A stretch of DNA of 64,000 nucleotides, from contig MPNQ01000005.1 in assembly GCA_002239105.1 (NCBI GenBank), forward strand, positions 71,939-135,938, given 5' to 3'. This document shows, piece after piece, positions 1 through 9,465 of the stretch. The stretch's first letter is position 1. Each line of letters opens with the position of its first letter. The notes beneath the pieces were generated by a model. The model saw nothing but the letters and a program-made list of their open reading frames with translations. It made no database searches and was not told where the DNA came from. The translations under genes were made by a program, and so were the position numbers. This DNA is from a marine group bacterium Sva0996 bin134. GTDB lineage: Bacteria > Actinomycetota > Acidimicrobiia > Acidimicrobiales > Bin134.

Positions 1-284
1 AGACCCAGATCGGCTTGGATTATGGCCCGCTCAATCGCGGAAATGGAGTTCTTGTCGAACGGTGAGATAACCAGAAGCTGCGCTTCGGGAACGCTGAAGC
101 TAGCCAGTTGCTGCAACGGCACCTCGGTGCCGTAATAGTCCACGAGGAATCTCTCGAACAGCGCCGGTGATGCCCGACCGGTCCGAACAGAGGCGAATTG
201 CTGGCGGGTGTGCAGGACAGCGGAATCCATACGCCCACCAGCGTCGTCCAACACCAAGTCGGTTAGGTCATTGCCCGTCAGCAT
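1..284 (-). CDS. frr: ribosome recycling factor, 5' part only (gene runs off the window edge)
   Basis: Read by hand; not in the ORF track because no stop lies in the window. ATG at 284 gives MLTGNDLTDLVLDDAGGRMDSAVLHTRQQFASVRTGRASPALFERFLVDYYGTEVPLQQLASFSVPEAQLLVISPFDKNSISAIERAIIQADLG. This is the typical Frr RTGRA / YYG / PFD signature, and it sits downstream of pyrH. Confidence 0.85.
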   Translation of the reverse strand, partial: MLTGNDLTDLVLDDAGGRMDSAVLHTRQQFASVRTGRASPALFERFLVDYYGTEVPLQQLASFSVPEAQLLVISPFDKNSISAIERAIIQADLG

Positions 285-368
285 TTTTCCGTTTTGTCTG
301 GACAACCTCGGCTAGCACGCCAAGGGGATCTCCGGACCAGTCATCTTCTTGATGCCTCTGGGCACCAC

Positions 369-1175
<807 letters not shown>

Positions 1176-1967
1176 CTAGCTACCGATGGCCGCCAAGTGG
1201 AACCGAACAATCTCACCATCTCCCAACCGTGATTCTACGGTCTCCTTCTCACCGAACATGCCCTGCTCCAGCAGGACGCGCTCGGCATACCACGCCCGCA
1301 GACGACCGGAGACGATCTTGTCCCAGGCCTGCTCGGGCTTGCCCTCGGCCTTGGTCATCTCGGTTAGCGCCACCCGCTCACGTTCTACCTCTTCGGGATC
1401 TACCTCATCGCGGTGCAGCACCGAGGGCTTGGCAAAGGCAATGTGGAGGGCCACCTCATGGGCCATCTCCTGGGTCACCCCGCGAGCTTCGACCACCACT
1501 GCGCTGGTCCCCCGGCCATCTTGGGTGTGGAGGTAGGTGTCCAAGATGTGGCCGTCGGCGGCCTGGACCCTCACCACCGTGCCCAACCGAACGTTCTCCT
1601 TCTTGGCCAAGCTGAGGTCCTCGATGGCTGCCTCCCGGGCTCCTACCGAGCCTTCGCCATTAGACAGCACCAACTGAGCCAGCTCGCCGGCCAAGGTGGT
1701 GAAGTCTTCGGCTTTGGCCGAGAAGTCGGTCTCGCAGCGCAGCTCGACGATGGCGGCGGCATTGCCGTCGACGGCAAGGGCCACCGTTCCCTGGTCGCTG
1801 GCCCGGTCGGCCCGAGCGGCAGCTTTGGCCATGCCCTTCTCGCGCAGCGACTGGGTGGCCGCCTCCATGTCGCCCTCGTTCTCGGTTAGGGCGCGCTTGC
1901 AATCCATCATTCCGGCACCGGTGGCCTCGCGCAGGGCCTTGACGTCTTGGGCGGTAAACGAACTCAC
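1176..1967 (-). CDS. tsf: translation elongation factor Ts
   Basis: N-terminal UBA-like [22 protein letters not shown] start forms a GTGA overlap with the rpsB stop. Confidence 0.95.
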   Translation of the reverse strand: MSSFTAQDVKALREATGAGMMDCKRALTENEGDMEAATQSLREKGMAKAAARADRASDQGTVALAVDGNAAAIVELRCETDFSAKAEDFTTLAGELAQLVLSNGEGSVGAREAAIEDLSLAKKENVRLGTVVRVQAADGHILDTYLHTQDGRGTSAVVVEARGVTQEMAHEVALHIAFAKPSVLHRDEVDPEEVERERVALTEMTKAEGKPEQAWDKIVSGRLRAWYAERVLLEQGMFGEKETVESRLGDGEIVRFHLAAIGS

Positions 1968-2920
1968 GCTTGCTCCTGGGATTCGGTTTGCTCCGGACCA
2001 ACAGCCGGCTCCGCAACTTCAGCGGCGGGAGCATCCTCGACGGCGGGAGCATCCACGGCCGCAGGGGCATCCACGGCCGCGGGGGTATCCGCGACGGCGG
2101 GGGTATCCGTGACGGCGGGAGCATCCGCGACGGCGGGAGCATCCACGACGGCGGGAGCATCCACGGCCGCGGGAGTGCCGTTTGAAGTTGGGGCCACAAC
2201 CTCAGGCTGGGACTTGGCCATGGAGTTACCCCGAGCAATGAACCGGCCCTCAAGGACGGCATCGCTGATAATCCGGCACATCAACTCGCCTGAGCGGATG
2301 GCGTCGTCATTTCCGGGAATGACGAATTGGATCACGTCGGGATCGCAATTGGTGTCCACCACCGCGATCACCGGCAGCTTCAACTTGTTGGCTTCGGCCA
2401 CCGCGATGTGTTCCTTCTTGGTGTCGAGCACAAACACCGCGTCGGGCGGCCGGGTCAGGTCTCGGATGCCGTTGAGATTGCGTTCCAGCTTCGCCAGTTC
2501 CCGGGAGATGAGAAGGGCCTCTTTCTTGGGCATGACGTCAAGTTCGCCAGAACTGCGCATCCGCTGAAATTCCTTCATCTTGCCCATGCGCTTGGAGATG
2601 GTCTCGAAATTAGTGAGGAGACCACCTAGCCATCGCTCGTTCACATAGGGCATGCCCACGCGCTCTGCGTAGCTCTGAACGCTGTCTTGGGCTTGCTTCT
2701 TGGTGCCCACGAACAGCACTTGACCGCCCTTGGCCACCAGATCGCGCACGAAGGTGTAGGCCGACTCAATGTGGGCAAGCGTTTGGGTCAGGTCGATGAT
2801 GTAGATGCCGTTGCGCTCACCAAAGATGAATCGCTGCATCTTCGGATTCCATCGGCGAGTCTGGTGTCCGAAGTGGACTCCAGCATCGAGCAGTTGACGC
2901 ATCGTCACGACTGGCGCCAT
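1964..2920 (-). CDS. rpsB: 30S ribosomal protein S2 with Ala/Pro/Asp-rich repeat tail
   Basis: [28 protein letters not shown], the canonical S2 N-terminus. The C-terminal ~70 aa is low-complexity repeat. Confidence 0.95.
   Translation of the reverse strand: MAPVVTMRQLLDAGVHFGHQTRRWNPKMQRFIFGERNGIYIIDLTQTLAHIESAYTFVRDLVAKGGQVLFVGTKKQAQDSVQSYAERVGMPYVNERWLGGLLTNFETISKRMGKMKEFQRMRSSGELDVMPKKEALLISRELAKLERNLNGIRDLTRPPDAVFVLDTKKEHIAVAEANKLKLPVIAVVDTNCDPDVIQFVIPGNDDAIRSGELMCRIISDAVLEGRFIARGNSMAKSQPEVVAPTSNGTPAAVDAPAVVDAPAVADAPAVTDTPAVADTPAAVDAPAAVDAPAVEDAPAAEVAEPAVGPEQTESQEQA
2023..2176. repeat. about 8.5 in-frame copies of an 18-nt tandem repeat (cggcgggagcatccacgg and variants) encoding (P-A-V/A-x-D-A)n in the S2 tail
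   Basis: Direct reading of 2023-2184. Units are phased every 18 nt. Confidence 0.8.
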
Positions 2921-3057
2921 GGCTATTCTCCTCTCCCAACGGTTCAGCGAAACCCGGGGTCAGCACCAAATGGCGACCGTGGGATGCCCCGGGCGGTAAT
3001 TGTCATTAGCCGGGAACTGCTTCCTGGCCGGGGCAAACGATAGCCGCTTCGCGCCCC

Positions 3058-3606
3058 CTAACCATAAGTAGGAAGCCGACTACGACCATCGGGCTCGCGG
3101 TGGGGCACGAGGCGAACGCGACCGGCGGTCAAGACCATTGCCGGGTCGAGGTATTCGTCCTCTGCCCTCACGCTGAAAAAGAAGCGCTCCGAAGTGGTGC
3201 CCAGCAATTGCCCGGGCGCAACCCGGTCGCCTTCTTGAACGGCGATCAGACCCAAGAAGCCATACGCGGTTCGCAGCCCGTCGCGGTGGAGCACGGTTAC
3301 AAAGCGGTTGCGGGCCACTGGTCCGGAGAACACCACCTCGCCTTCCGCCGAAGCCCACACTGGTTGTCCTGGCGCAGGGTCATATTCCCAGCCTCGATTG
3401 CCAGGTGCCCCGATATGTTTCGGGGGCCGGAAGGCATCGACCACCTCAGCATCCACCGGAGGCAAGTAGGCCACCGCTTGCTGGGCGTCAACCTCGGTTT
3501 GGGTTTGCGAGTTCGACTGCGAATACGCCTGATCCGGTTGACCGGGTACCAGAGCCGCCCACGCCAACAGTGCAGCCACCATGCCGACCCACGTTCCTGT
3601 GACCAT
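3058..3606 (-). CDS. secreted LytM/M23-domain protein, catalytically degenerate
   Basis: Signal-like N-terminus MVTGTWVGMVAALLAWAALV. M23 fold pattern GQPVWASAEGEVVFSGPV...VTVLHRDGLRTAYGFLG...VQEGDRVAPGQLLG. The metal-ligand motifs read NRGWE, YGFL and FFFS instead of HxxxD, YxHL and HLHF. Confidence 0.75.
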   Translation of the reverse strand: MVTGTWVGMVAALLAWAALVPGQPDQAYSQSNSQTQTEVDAQQAVAYLPPVDAEVVDAFRPPKHIGAPGNRGWEYDPAPGQPVWASAEGEVVFSGPVARNRFVTVLHRDGLRTAYGFLGLIAVQEGDRVAPGQLLGTTSERFFFSVRAEDEYLDPAMVLTAGRVRLVPHREPDGRSRLPTYG

Positions 3607-3670
3607 CGGGAACCCTCAAATGTCGGTGCCGTGGGGGAAGCCGTTTCAGCCTACCGGGAGCTGGGCGCAC

Positions 3671-4582
3671 TCAAGCTCGAGGGTGGCTGTCCTCAATAAC
3701 CTTGCGGAGACGGTCGCGGCTGACATGGGTGTAGATCTGCGTGGACCCCAAGTCGGCGTGCCCCAATAGCTCCTGAACCTGCCTGAGGTCGGCTCCCCCA
3801 TCGAGCAGATGAGTGGCGAATGTATGGCGCAGGGCGTGGGGATTGGTCTGCGTTTCCGCTCGACGATCCACCAAACGGCGCACTGCTTGGGTGTTCAGCG
3901 GTCGGCCGTACAGGTTCACGAACACGGAATCGCCAGCAGAAGACTCATCAGCCATCTCCGCCCGGCCTTCTTCTAGCCACTCTGCCAGGGCGGCGGTCGC
4001 TGGTTCGCTGAGCGGCACAATCCGCTGTTTGGACCCTTTGCCGTTGACGGTGAGCTGCCTTCGCTCCCAATCGATGTCTCCCATCTGGATGGCGCACACC
4101 TCGCTGACCCTGAGTCCACTGCCATAAAGCAGTTCCAGCACCGCCAGATCGCGTTGGCGACGGGCGTTGTTGTCGTCGACTACTGCCGCCCGCGGCGTGT
4201 CCAGCAGGGTTCCCAACTCCTCTGATCTCAAGACCCGCGGCAGACGGCGCTCCCGGGTCGGCGTCATGGCGCCGACAGTGGGATCTGCGGCCACCCGGCC
4301 GGTGCGTTTTGCCCAGCGGAAGTAGCGCCGGAGCGAGGACGCTTTGCGGGCCACCGTTTTGCGGGCATAGCCCTCAGTACTCAGAAAGGCCAGATATCTG
4401 CGGATCATCCGGAGATCCACGTCTTCAGGACCTGTCTTGCGGGTTTCAACAGAAGAGGAACCAGTTCGGGCTTTGTCAAGCCAGTCGGAGAATGCCGCGA
4501 CTTCCCGGCAGTACATCGCCGCGGTGTCCTCGGCGACGGAAGCAGTCGACGCGGCAAAGGCGTCCAGATCCCACCCCATCAA
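3671..4582 (-). CDS. xerC: tyrosine recombinase XerC
   Basis: C-terminal HALRHTFATHLLDGGADLRQVQELLGHADLGSTQIYTHV (R-H-R-Y family). Position next to dprA, as for mycobacterial xerC. Confidence 0.85.
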   Translation of the reverse strand: MMGWDLDAFAASTASVAEDTAAMYCREVAAFSDWLDKARTGSSSVETRKTGPEDVDLRMIRRYLAFLSTEGYARKTVARKASSLRRYFRWAKRTGRVAADPTVGAMTPTRERRLPRVLRSEELGTLLDTPRAAVVDDNNARRQRDLAVLELLYGSGLRVSEVCAIQMGDIDWERRQLTVNGKGSKQRIVPLSEPATAALAEWLEEGRAEMADESSAGDSVFVNLYGRPLNTQAVRRLVDRRAETQTNPHALRHTFATHLLDGGADLRQVQELLGHADLGSTQIYTHVSRDRLRKVIEDSHPRA

Positions 4583-4623
4583 CCCTCAACTCTACCGTTC
4601 GACGGAACTGCCTCTGTGCCAGC

Positions 4624-5775
4624 TCACCGGGGAAGGCCCACCCGCTCGATCCAACGCCCCGAAACTGCCACCCAACCGGCAATCCTCAGCTCCTCAACCG
4701 CTCCGGCCACCTGGGCCATGGTCAAACCCGTTCGACCATTGAGCTGCTCGGCATCGGCGGGCTGCCATCCCAGCGCTTCCAGAACCTGTCGGCCAGTCTC
4801 GCCAGGGTCGGGGCGGGAGTCCAACGGGGCGTTTACGGCCCCCGACATTCCCAGCGCCAGCAGCACATCATCGCCATCGCGGCAAGGAGCACAGCCATCG
4901 GCCAGCAGCCCATGACATCCATCTGATGCGGAGCTGCGAACCGGCCCGGGTACGGCCATAACCGCCCGATTTCGAGCAGCGGCCTCGGTAACTGTGTGCA
5001 TGGCCCCTCCCGATGCATGGGACTCCACCACCACAACCACATCGGCGAGGGCCGCGATGATGCGGTTTCGAGCCGGAAATCGCCATCGCTCAGGGGGCGC
5101 TCCCAGCGGAGCTTCTCCCAACAGCACCCCTTGGTCAGCCACCGCCCGCCAGAGAGCTCGGTTGCGCTCCGGATACACCCTGTCCAAGCCGTTGCCCACC
5201 ACCGCGATGGGGGGTGCAGCCCCAGCATCCAGGGTCCCGGCGTGAGCCGCGGCGTCGATTCCCAGTGCGAGACCCGAGACGACTCCCACACCGGCCGAGG
5301 CCAGGTCCCGGCCCAATTCGAACGCCACATCGCTGCCGTAGCGAGTGCATCGTCGGGTGCCGACAATGGCCACCCGGGGTCCGTGGACCACCTGGGGGTC
5401 TCCCTTGTGGAACACCACTGCGGGGGGATCCAAGTCGTCACGCAGCACAGACGGATACCCGGGCGTGCCTAGAGCAGCTACCCCAATGCCGCACTCCCGG
5501 TGCCGAGCCCACAACCGGGCCACGTCGAGGCCAACCGCAGTGCGGCGCCACTGCTCATAGAGATCCCGCTTGCCAGCCACCTTGGCCAGCTCAGGAGATG
5601 GCGGCCCTTGCAGGCTGGCCCACAGTTCAGCAGGCCTGTCGATGGCGAGCAGCGCCCGCAATCGGGCCGGTCCCACCGCGGGCAGCGATGCCAGAGCCGC
5701 CAGCCAGGCCTCCACCGGCAGCTCTCCCCCTTCATGGGCATGGATCCCTGCCGAAGCGAACCTATGGGCGGACAT
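4624..5775 (-). CDS. dprA: DNA processing protein DprA
   Basis: Rossmann-like core VVSGLALGIDAAAHAG...PIAVVGNGLDRVYP. yifB-dprA synteny. Confidence 0.9.
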   Translation of the reverse strand: MSAHRFASAGIHAHEGGELPVEAWLAALASLPAVGPARLRALLAIDRPAELWASLQGPPSPELAKVAGKRDLYEQWRRTAVGLDVARLWARHRECGIGVAALGTPGYPSVLRDDLDPPAVVFHKGDPQVVHGPRVAIVGTRRCTRYGSDVAFELGRDLASAGVGVVSGLALGIDAAAHAGTLDAGAAPPIAVVGNGLDRVYPERNRALWRAVADQGVLLGEAPLGAPPERWRFPARNRIIAALADVVVVVESHASGGAMHTVTEAAARNRAVMAVPGPVRSSASDGCHGLLADGCAPCRDGDDVLLALGMSGAVNAPLDSRPDPGETGRQVLEALGWQPADAEQLNGRTGLTMAQVAGAVEELRIAGWVAVSGRWIERVGLPR

Positions 5776-7297
5776 TGGGGAGGCTCCAGGGATCGTGGGC
5801 CACGGTAACCGGCTCGGTCCGCATGAAGAGAGCCTGAGCGACGATCCCCCCGGTCAACGGGGGCGCCTGCCCGGCCAAGTCGGCCAAAGTGAGCGCAACC
5901 CGTCGAACCCTCTGGAACCCGCGCGCCGTGAGACGGCCTTCGGCGATGGCGTGGCTGAAGATATTCTTGGCTTCGGGATCAAGCGGAGCCTGTTGGTCCA
6001 ATGCGTCGTCCGGCAATTCGCTGTTGGAGGCCACCCCGCGGTCGCGCGCCACTGCCCGCACCCGGTCCACCCGTTCTCTGACCTCGGCGGAGGATTCCCC
6101 CGGGGGGGCGTCGAATAGGTCGCAGACCTCCGGTCGCCCAACGTGAATCCTGAGGTCAAACCGGTCCAAGAGCGGGCCACTCAGCCGCCGGGCATAGCGC
6201 AACCGGGCTAAAGGCGTACACCGGCACATCCCGGGCTGTCCGAGCTCTCCGCACGGACAAGGGTTCATCGCCCCCACCAACAGGAAGCGGGCGGGAAAAG
6301 AGGCCACTGCCATGGCTCGATTGACCCTGATCACCCCTTCTTCGAGAGGCTGGCGCAGGGCATCCAAGGCTTGAGGCGCGAACTCCCCCATCTCATCCAA
6401 GAACAGCACGCCGCCATGGGCACAACTGATAGACCCCGGTCGCAATGCCCGGCTCCCGCCACCCACCAAGGCGATCATCGACGCTGAGTGGTGGGGTGCC
6501 TGCCATGGTGCTCGGCGAATCAACCCCGAAGAGGGCAGATCCAAGCCGACGGCTGAGTGCACCATGGTGGCCTCAATGGCAGTGGCCTCGTCCAGAGGAG
6601 GTAGGAGTCCGGGGAGTCGGCGAGCCAGCATGGTCTTGCCCGCGCCGGGAGGTCCGATCATCAACAGGTGATGTCCGCCGGCCGCGGCCACTTCCAGTCC
6701 CAATCGAGCCATGTGCTGGCCTCTTACGTCTGCTAGGTCCGCCGCCTCATCCAGCGGATTGGCCAATCCCGGTAAGGGCGGGTCGGGCCAATCCTCCTCG
6801 CCTCGGAGCGCGGATATGAGCTCTTGGAGTGTGGACGGCGCCCGGACCAAAGGACCGTTGGCCAGAGCAGCTTCTGCGGCGCACTCGGGAGCCACCACAA
6901 TTGCGCCCGACTCGATGCACCGCACTTGGGGCAGCACACCGGGAACAGCTCGGAGCCGGCCGTCGAGCCCCAGCTCCGCCAAGAAGGCCATGTCGGCCAA
7001 TGCCTCAGCAGGCAACTGCTCGTCGGCCACCAGCACCCCCATGGCAATGGCCAGGTCGAGCCCTGGTCCTTCCTTGCGAATCCCCGAAGGCGCCAAGTTG
7101 ACGGTGATGCGCCCCGGGGGCCATTTGACTGCGCTGGAAAGCAGGGCGGCGCGAACCCGGTCGCGGGCTTCTCGGCAAGCGGCATCGGGCAGACCGACAA
7201 CGGTGAATGTGGGCAGTCCGACAGAGACGTGGACCTCAACTGAAACGGGATGCCCGGTGATGCCGGAGAGAACAGAGGCGGGGATGGTGGCGAGCAC
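5762..7297 (-). CDS. yifB: YifB/ComM family Mg-chelatase-like AAA+ ATPase
   Basis: N-terminal Lon-protease-like domain, Walker A MIGPPGAGKTMLA, Walker B LFLDEMGEF. 14-nt overlap with dprA. Confidence 0.9.
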   Translation of the reverse strand: MLATIPASVLSGITGHPVSVEVHVSVGLPTFTVVGLPDAACREARDRVRAALLSSAVKWPPGRITVNLAPSGIRKEGPGLDLAIAMGVLVADEQLPAEALADMAFLAELGLDGRLRAVPGVLPQVRCIESGAIVVAPECAAEAALANGPLVRAPSTLQELISALRGEEDWPDPPLPGLANPLDEAADLADVRGQHMARLGLEVAAAGGHHLLMIGPPGAGKTMLARRLPGLLPPLDEATAIEATMVHSAVGLDLPSSGLIRRAPWQAPHHSASMIALVGGGSRALRPGSISCAHGGVLFLDEMGEFAPQALDALRQPLEEGVIRVNRAMAVASFPARFLLVGAMNPCPCGELGQPGMCRCTPLARLRYARRLSGPLLDRFDLRIHVGRPEVCDLFDAPPGESSAEVRERVDRVRAVARDRGVASNSELPDDALDQQAPLDPEAKNIFSHAIAEGRLTARGFQRVRRVALTLADLAGQAPPLTGGIVAQALFMRTEPVTVAHDPWSLPNVRP

Positions 7298-7431
7298 GAT
7301 CGGTGCCTTCTCGAGGTTGATTCCTCGTGCCTGGAGGGTGACCTGGTGCGCTGGTCACAAGCGCTTCCAAGACCCTACTGACGGTCGGTGACAACTGCAC
7401 GGGGATAAATCCCACCCCGGCGGCGCGATTC

Positions 7432-7812
7432 TCAGAGAACCTCGCTGATGTACCGGAGCACGGCGTCGATCTCGCCGGCGCTCAGCAGTCCGCCAAAGGC
7501 AGGCATCCGGTCTCGCCCATTCGCTACCACCTCAGCGGCGTCATCGGGGTCGGGGTACGCCTGCGATAGCCGGCCCTGATTCAGCCGAGGGCCGCTGCCG
7601 GTCCCGCTGCCATCGGCGTCGTGGCACGACGCACACCGGTCGACATACACCGATCGACCGGCCACCAGCACGGGATCAGGGGTGCCTTCTGAACCCACCC
7701 CCACCTCAGGCGAAGTACCCGACCCACAGCCGGCGGCCACTGCCAGGCATAGGGCCAGGATCAGCGGCCGCAGTGCGATCACAGCTTCCCTAACAGCCAT
7801 CATTGGGAACAT
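7432..7812 (-). CDS. small mono-haem class I c-type cytochrome, probable lipoprotein
   Basis: Haem motif CASCH plus distal RMPAFGG. Start trimmed to ATG 7812 (MFPMMAVREAVIALRPLILALCLAVAAGCGSG, a signal/lipobox-like sequence). The longer 233-aa track ORF would overlap yraN. Confidence 0.75.
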   Translation of the reverse strand: MFPMMAVREAVIALRPLILALCLAVAAGCGSGTSPEVGVGSEGTPDPVLVAGRSVYVDRCASCHDADGSGTGSGPRLNQGRLSQAYPDPDDAAEVVANGRDRMPAFGGLLSAGEIDAVLRYISEVL

Positions 7813-7820
7813 ACTGGGAT

Positions 7821-7931
7821 ATGGGCTTCGATCCCACACGCAAGCAGCGGCGCACCCGGTTCGACTACTGGTACGTGGCCGTGGGCCTGCTGGCGTGCGT
7901 CGGGCTGATTCTGTGGGCCGTGCTGGGCTAG
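7821..7931 (+). CDS. candidate 36-aa single-pass membrane peptide
   Basis: Hand-read ORF, below the track cutoff: MGFDPTRKQRRTRFDYWYVAVGLLACVGLILWAVLG. Basic N-terminus followed by a ~20-residue hydrophobic helix. 33 of 36 codons end in G/C. It fills the 125-nt cytochrome c / yraN gap. The Shine-Dalgarno is weak. Confidence 0.35.
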   Translation: MGFDPTRKQRRTRFDYWYVAVGLLACVGLILWAVLG

Positions 7932-7937
7932 GGCGGG

Positions 7938-8282
7938 CTAGAACGCCGATTCGATTACCCGGATCTCTTTGCCCACCACCTCGGCCACATCGAACCGAAG
8001 CTGCACGGCTCCCCCTCGCTCCTGCTCGGACAACCACTGGGCGGCGAGGCGGCGGATGCGCCGCTGCTTCTCGTGACCCACTGCCTCTGAGGGCAACCCA
8101 TAGGCCAGCGACGACCGGGTTTTGACCTCGCACACCGCCACCACCGGTCCCCGCTGCACGATCACATCCAGCTCGCCGCGGCTACACCGCCAATTGCGGT
8201 CGAGAATCTGAAACCCCTGGCGGCGATACCACCGCACCACACGGTCTTCGCCCCATCGCCCCAACGCCTGGTTGTGTGCCAT
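7938..8282 (-). CDS. yraN: YraN family (UPF0102) endonuclease-like protein
   Basis: GRWGEDRVVRWYRRQGFQILDRNWRCSRGELDVIV...VAVCEVKTRS. Confidence 0.85.
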   Translation of the reverse strand: MAHNQALGRWGEDRVVRWYRRQGFQILDRNWRCSRGELDVIVQRGPVVAVCEVKTRSSLAYGLPSEAVGHEKQRRIRRLAAQWLSEQERGGAVQLRFDVAEVVGKEIRVIESAF

Positions 8283-8324
8283 GCCCCCACGCTAGGAGGC
8301 AGGTGTGACAGTTAGGCGGGCGGT

Positions 8325-8669
8325 CTAGAAACGCTTTTCTTTGACGCGGGCGGCTCGGCCGATGCGATCGCGCAGGTAGTAGAGCTTGGCCCGGCGGACA
8401 TCGCCGCGAGCACCGACCTCGATCTTGGCGATTATGGGCGAATGCACTGGAATGGTGCGCTCCACTCCTACTCCGAAGCTCACCTTTCTAACTGTGAACG
8501 TCTCCCGGATCCCGCTGCCCTGTCGGCGGATGACCACTCCCTCAAAAATCTGGACCCGCTCGCGGCTGCCCTCCACAACGCGGACGTGCACCTTGACCGC
8601 GTCTCCAGGGGCGAACTCAGGAATGTCGGAGCGTCTGGTATCGCGGTCAACGATGTCGGTGGGATTCAT
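8325..8669 (-). CDS. rplS: 50S ribosomal protein L19
   Basis: Full-length L19-like sequence ([29 protein letters not shown]). trmD-rplS synteny. Confidence 0.95.
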   Translation of the reverse strand: MNPTDIVDRDTRRSDIPEFAPGDAVKVHVRVVEGSRERVQIFEGVVIRRQGSGIRETFTVRKVSFGVGVERTIPVHSPIIAKIEVGARGDVRRAKLYYLRDRIGRAARVKEKRF

Positions 8670-8693
8670 GGCACGCCTCTTGTAGGTGCTTCA

Positions 8694-8732
8694 GCGCCCA
8701 ACTCAGGCATTGGGGCGCGACGAAAAATTATA
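8694..8732 (-). promoter_or_regulatory. candidate rplS promoter -10 (TATAAT) plus leader hairpin
   Basis: On the minus strand, a perfect TATAAT at 8732-8727 followed by TTTTT stands out in a high-GC context. An imperfect hairpin GCGCCCCAA..TTGGGCGC (8718-8694) lies between it and the rplS ATG. No clear -35. Confidence 0.25.
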
Positions 8733-8742
8733 CCCGGCTCGA

Positions 8743-9465
8743 CTAGGTGAGGCCGAACTCTTCTAGGAGTGTTTGCTCTGCGTCGGTCAGGCCACCGCGG
8801 GCATCTATGAGGTCGGGGCGCAGGGCCACTGTACGGGCCAGAGATTGGGCTGTGCGCCAGCGGTCCACGCGACCGTGATCGCCCGACCGCAGTACGTCGG
8901 GCACTGACCAGCCCCGGAATTCGGCGGGGCGGGTGTAGTGGGGATACTCCAACAGACCATCGCTGAAAGACTCATCAGCAGCCGACAGCTCGTTGCCCAA
9001 CACGCCGGGAACCAGCCGGCCCACGGTCTCGATGACCGCCATCGCCCCCACTTCGCCTCCGGCCAGAACAAAGTCTCCCAGTGACAGCTCCCCGTCCACG
9101 AGATGGTCCCGAACCCGCTGGTCCACGCCTTCATAGCGGCCGCACAAGAGCGAGAAGCCGTCTCCAGAGGCCAACTCTTGGGCAACGACTTGGTCAAATC
9201 GCCGCCCAGCGGGGCCCAGAAGGAACAAGGGTCGAGGCGGTTCGGCCTGCTCTACCGATTTGAACAGCGGCTCTGGCATCATCACCATCCCCGCACCGCC
9301 CCCGAACGGGGCGTCGTCCACCGATCGGTGGGGGTCGCCCGCACCCGCTCTGAGGTCGTGAACACGCACCTCCAGCCGGCCCTGATCCACCGCCCTCCCA
9401 ATCACCCCATGGTCCAAGAACACCTCGAACATCGACGGGAAAATGGTGAAGACGTCGACTCTCAT
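8743..9465 (-). CDS. trmD: tRNA (guanine37-N1)-methyltransferase
   Basis: LLCGRYEGVDQRV and the C-terminal domain. ATGA overlap with the rimM stop. Confidence 0.95.
   Translation of the reverse strand: MRVDVFTIFPSMFEVFLDHGVIGRAVDQGRLEVRVHDLRAGAGDPHRSVDDAPFGGGAGMVMMPEPLFKSVEQAEPPRPLFLLGPAGRRFDQVVAQELASGDGFSLLCGRYEGVDQRVRDHLVDGELSLGDFVLAGGEVGAMAVIETVGRLVPGVLGNELSAADESFSDGLLEYPHYTRPAEFRGWSVPDVLRSGDHGRVDRWRTAQSLARTVALRPDLIDARGGLTDAEQTLLEEFGLT

Noticed and set aside
2023-2176. Possibility that the tandem arrays here, at 10374-10565 and at 58479-58610 are CRISPR-like
   Set aside because: The units are directly abutting with no spacers. They are in frame inside well-supported genes, and their periods (18, 36 and 33 nt) are multiples of three.
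1660-2567. Proline-rich and GAST-rich repeat ORFs (PPSRML..., GASTAAG...) on both strands
   Set aside because: These are alternative-frame readings of the 18-nt repeat array in the rpsB tail. The same explanation covers the LILLRKGLQRPR ORF at 10274-10627 and the SADSSAEGASAT ORF at 10327-10758 opposite the rpsP repeat.
7813-8133. Upstream 107 codons of the 233-aa track ORF containing the cytochrome c
   Set aside because: It would overlap yraN by about 200 nt in another frame, and it is Arg/Pro/Ala low-complexity. An internal ATG gives a proper signal/lipobox N-terminus.
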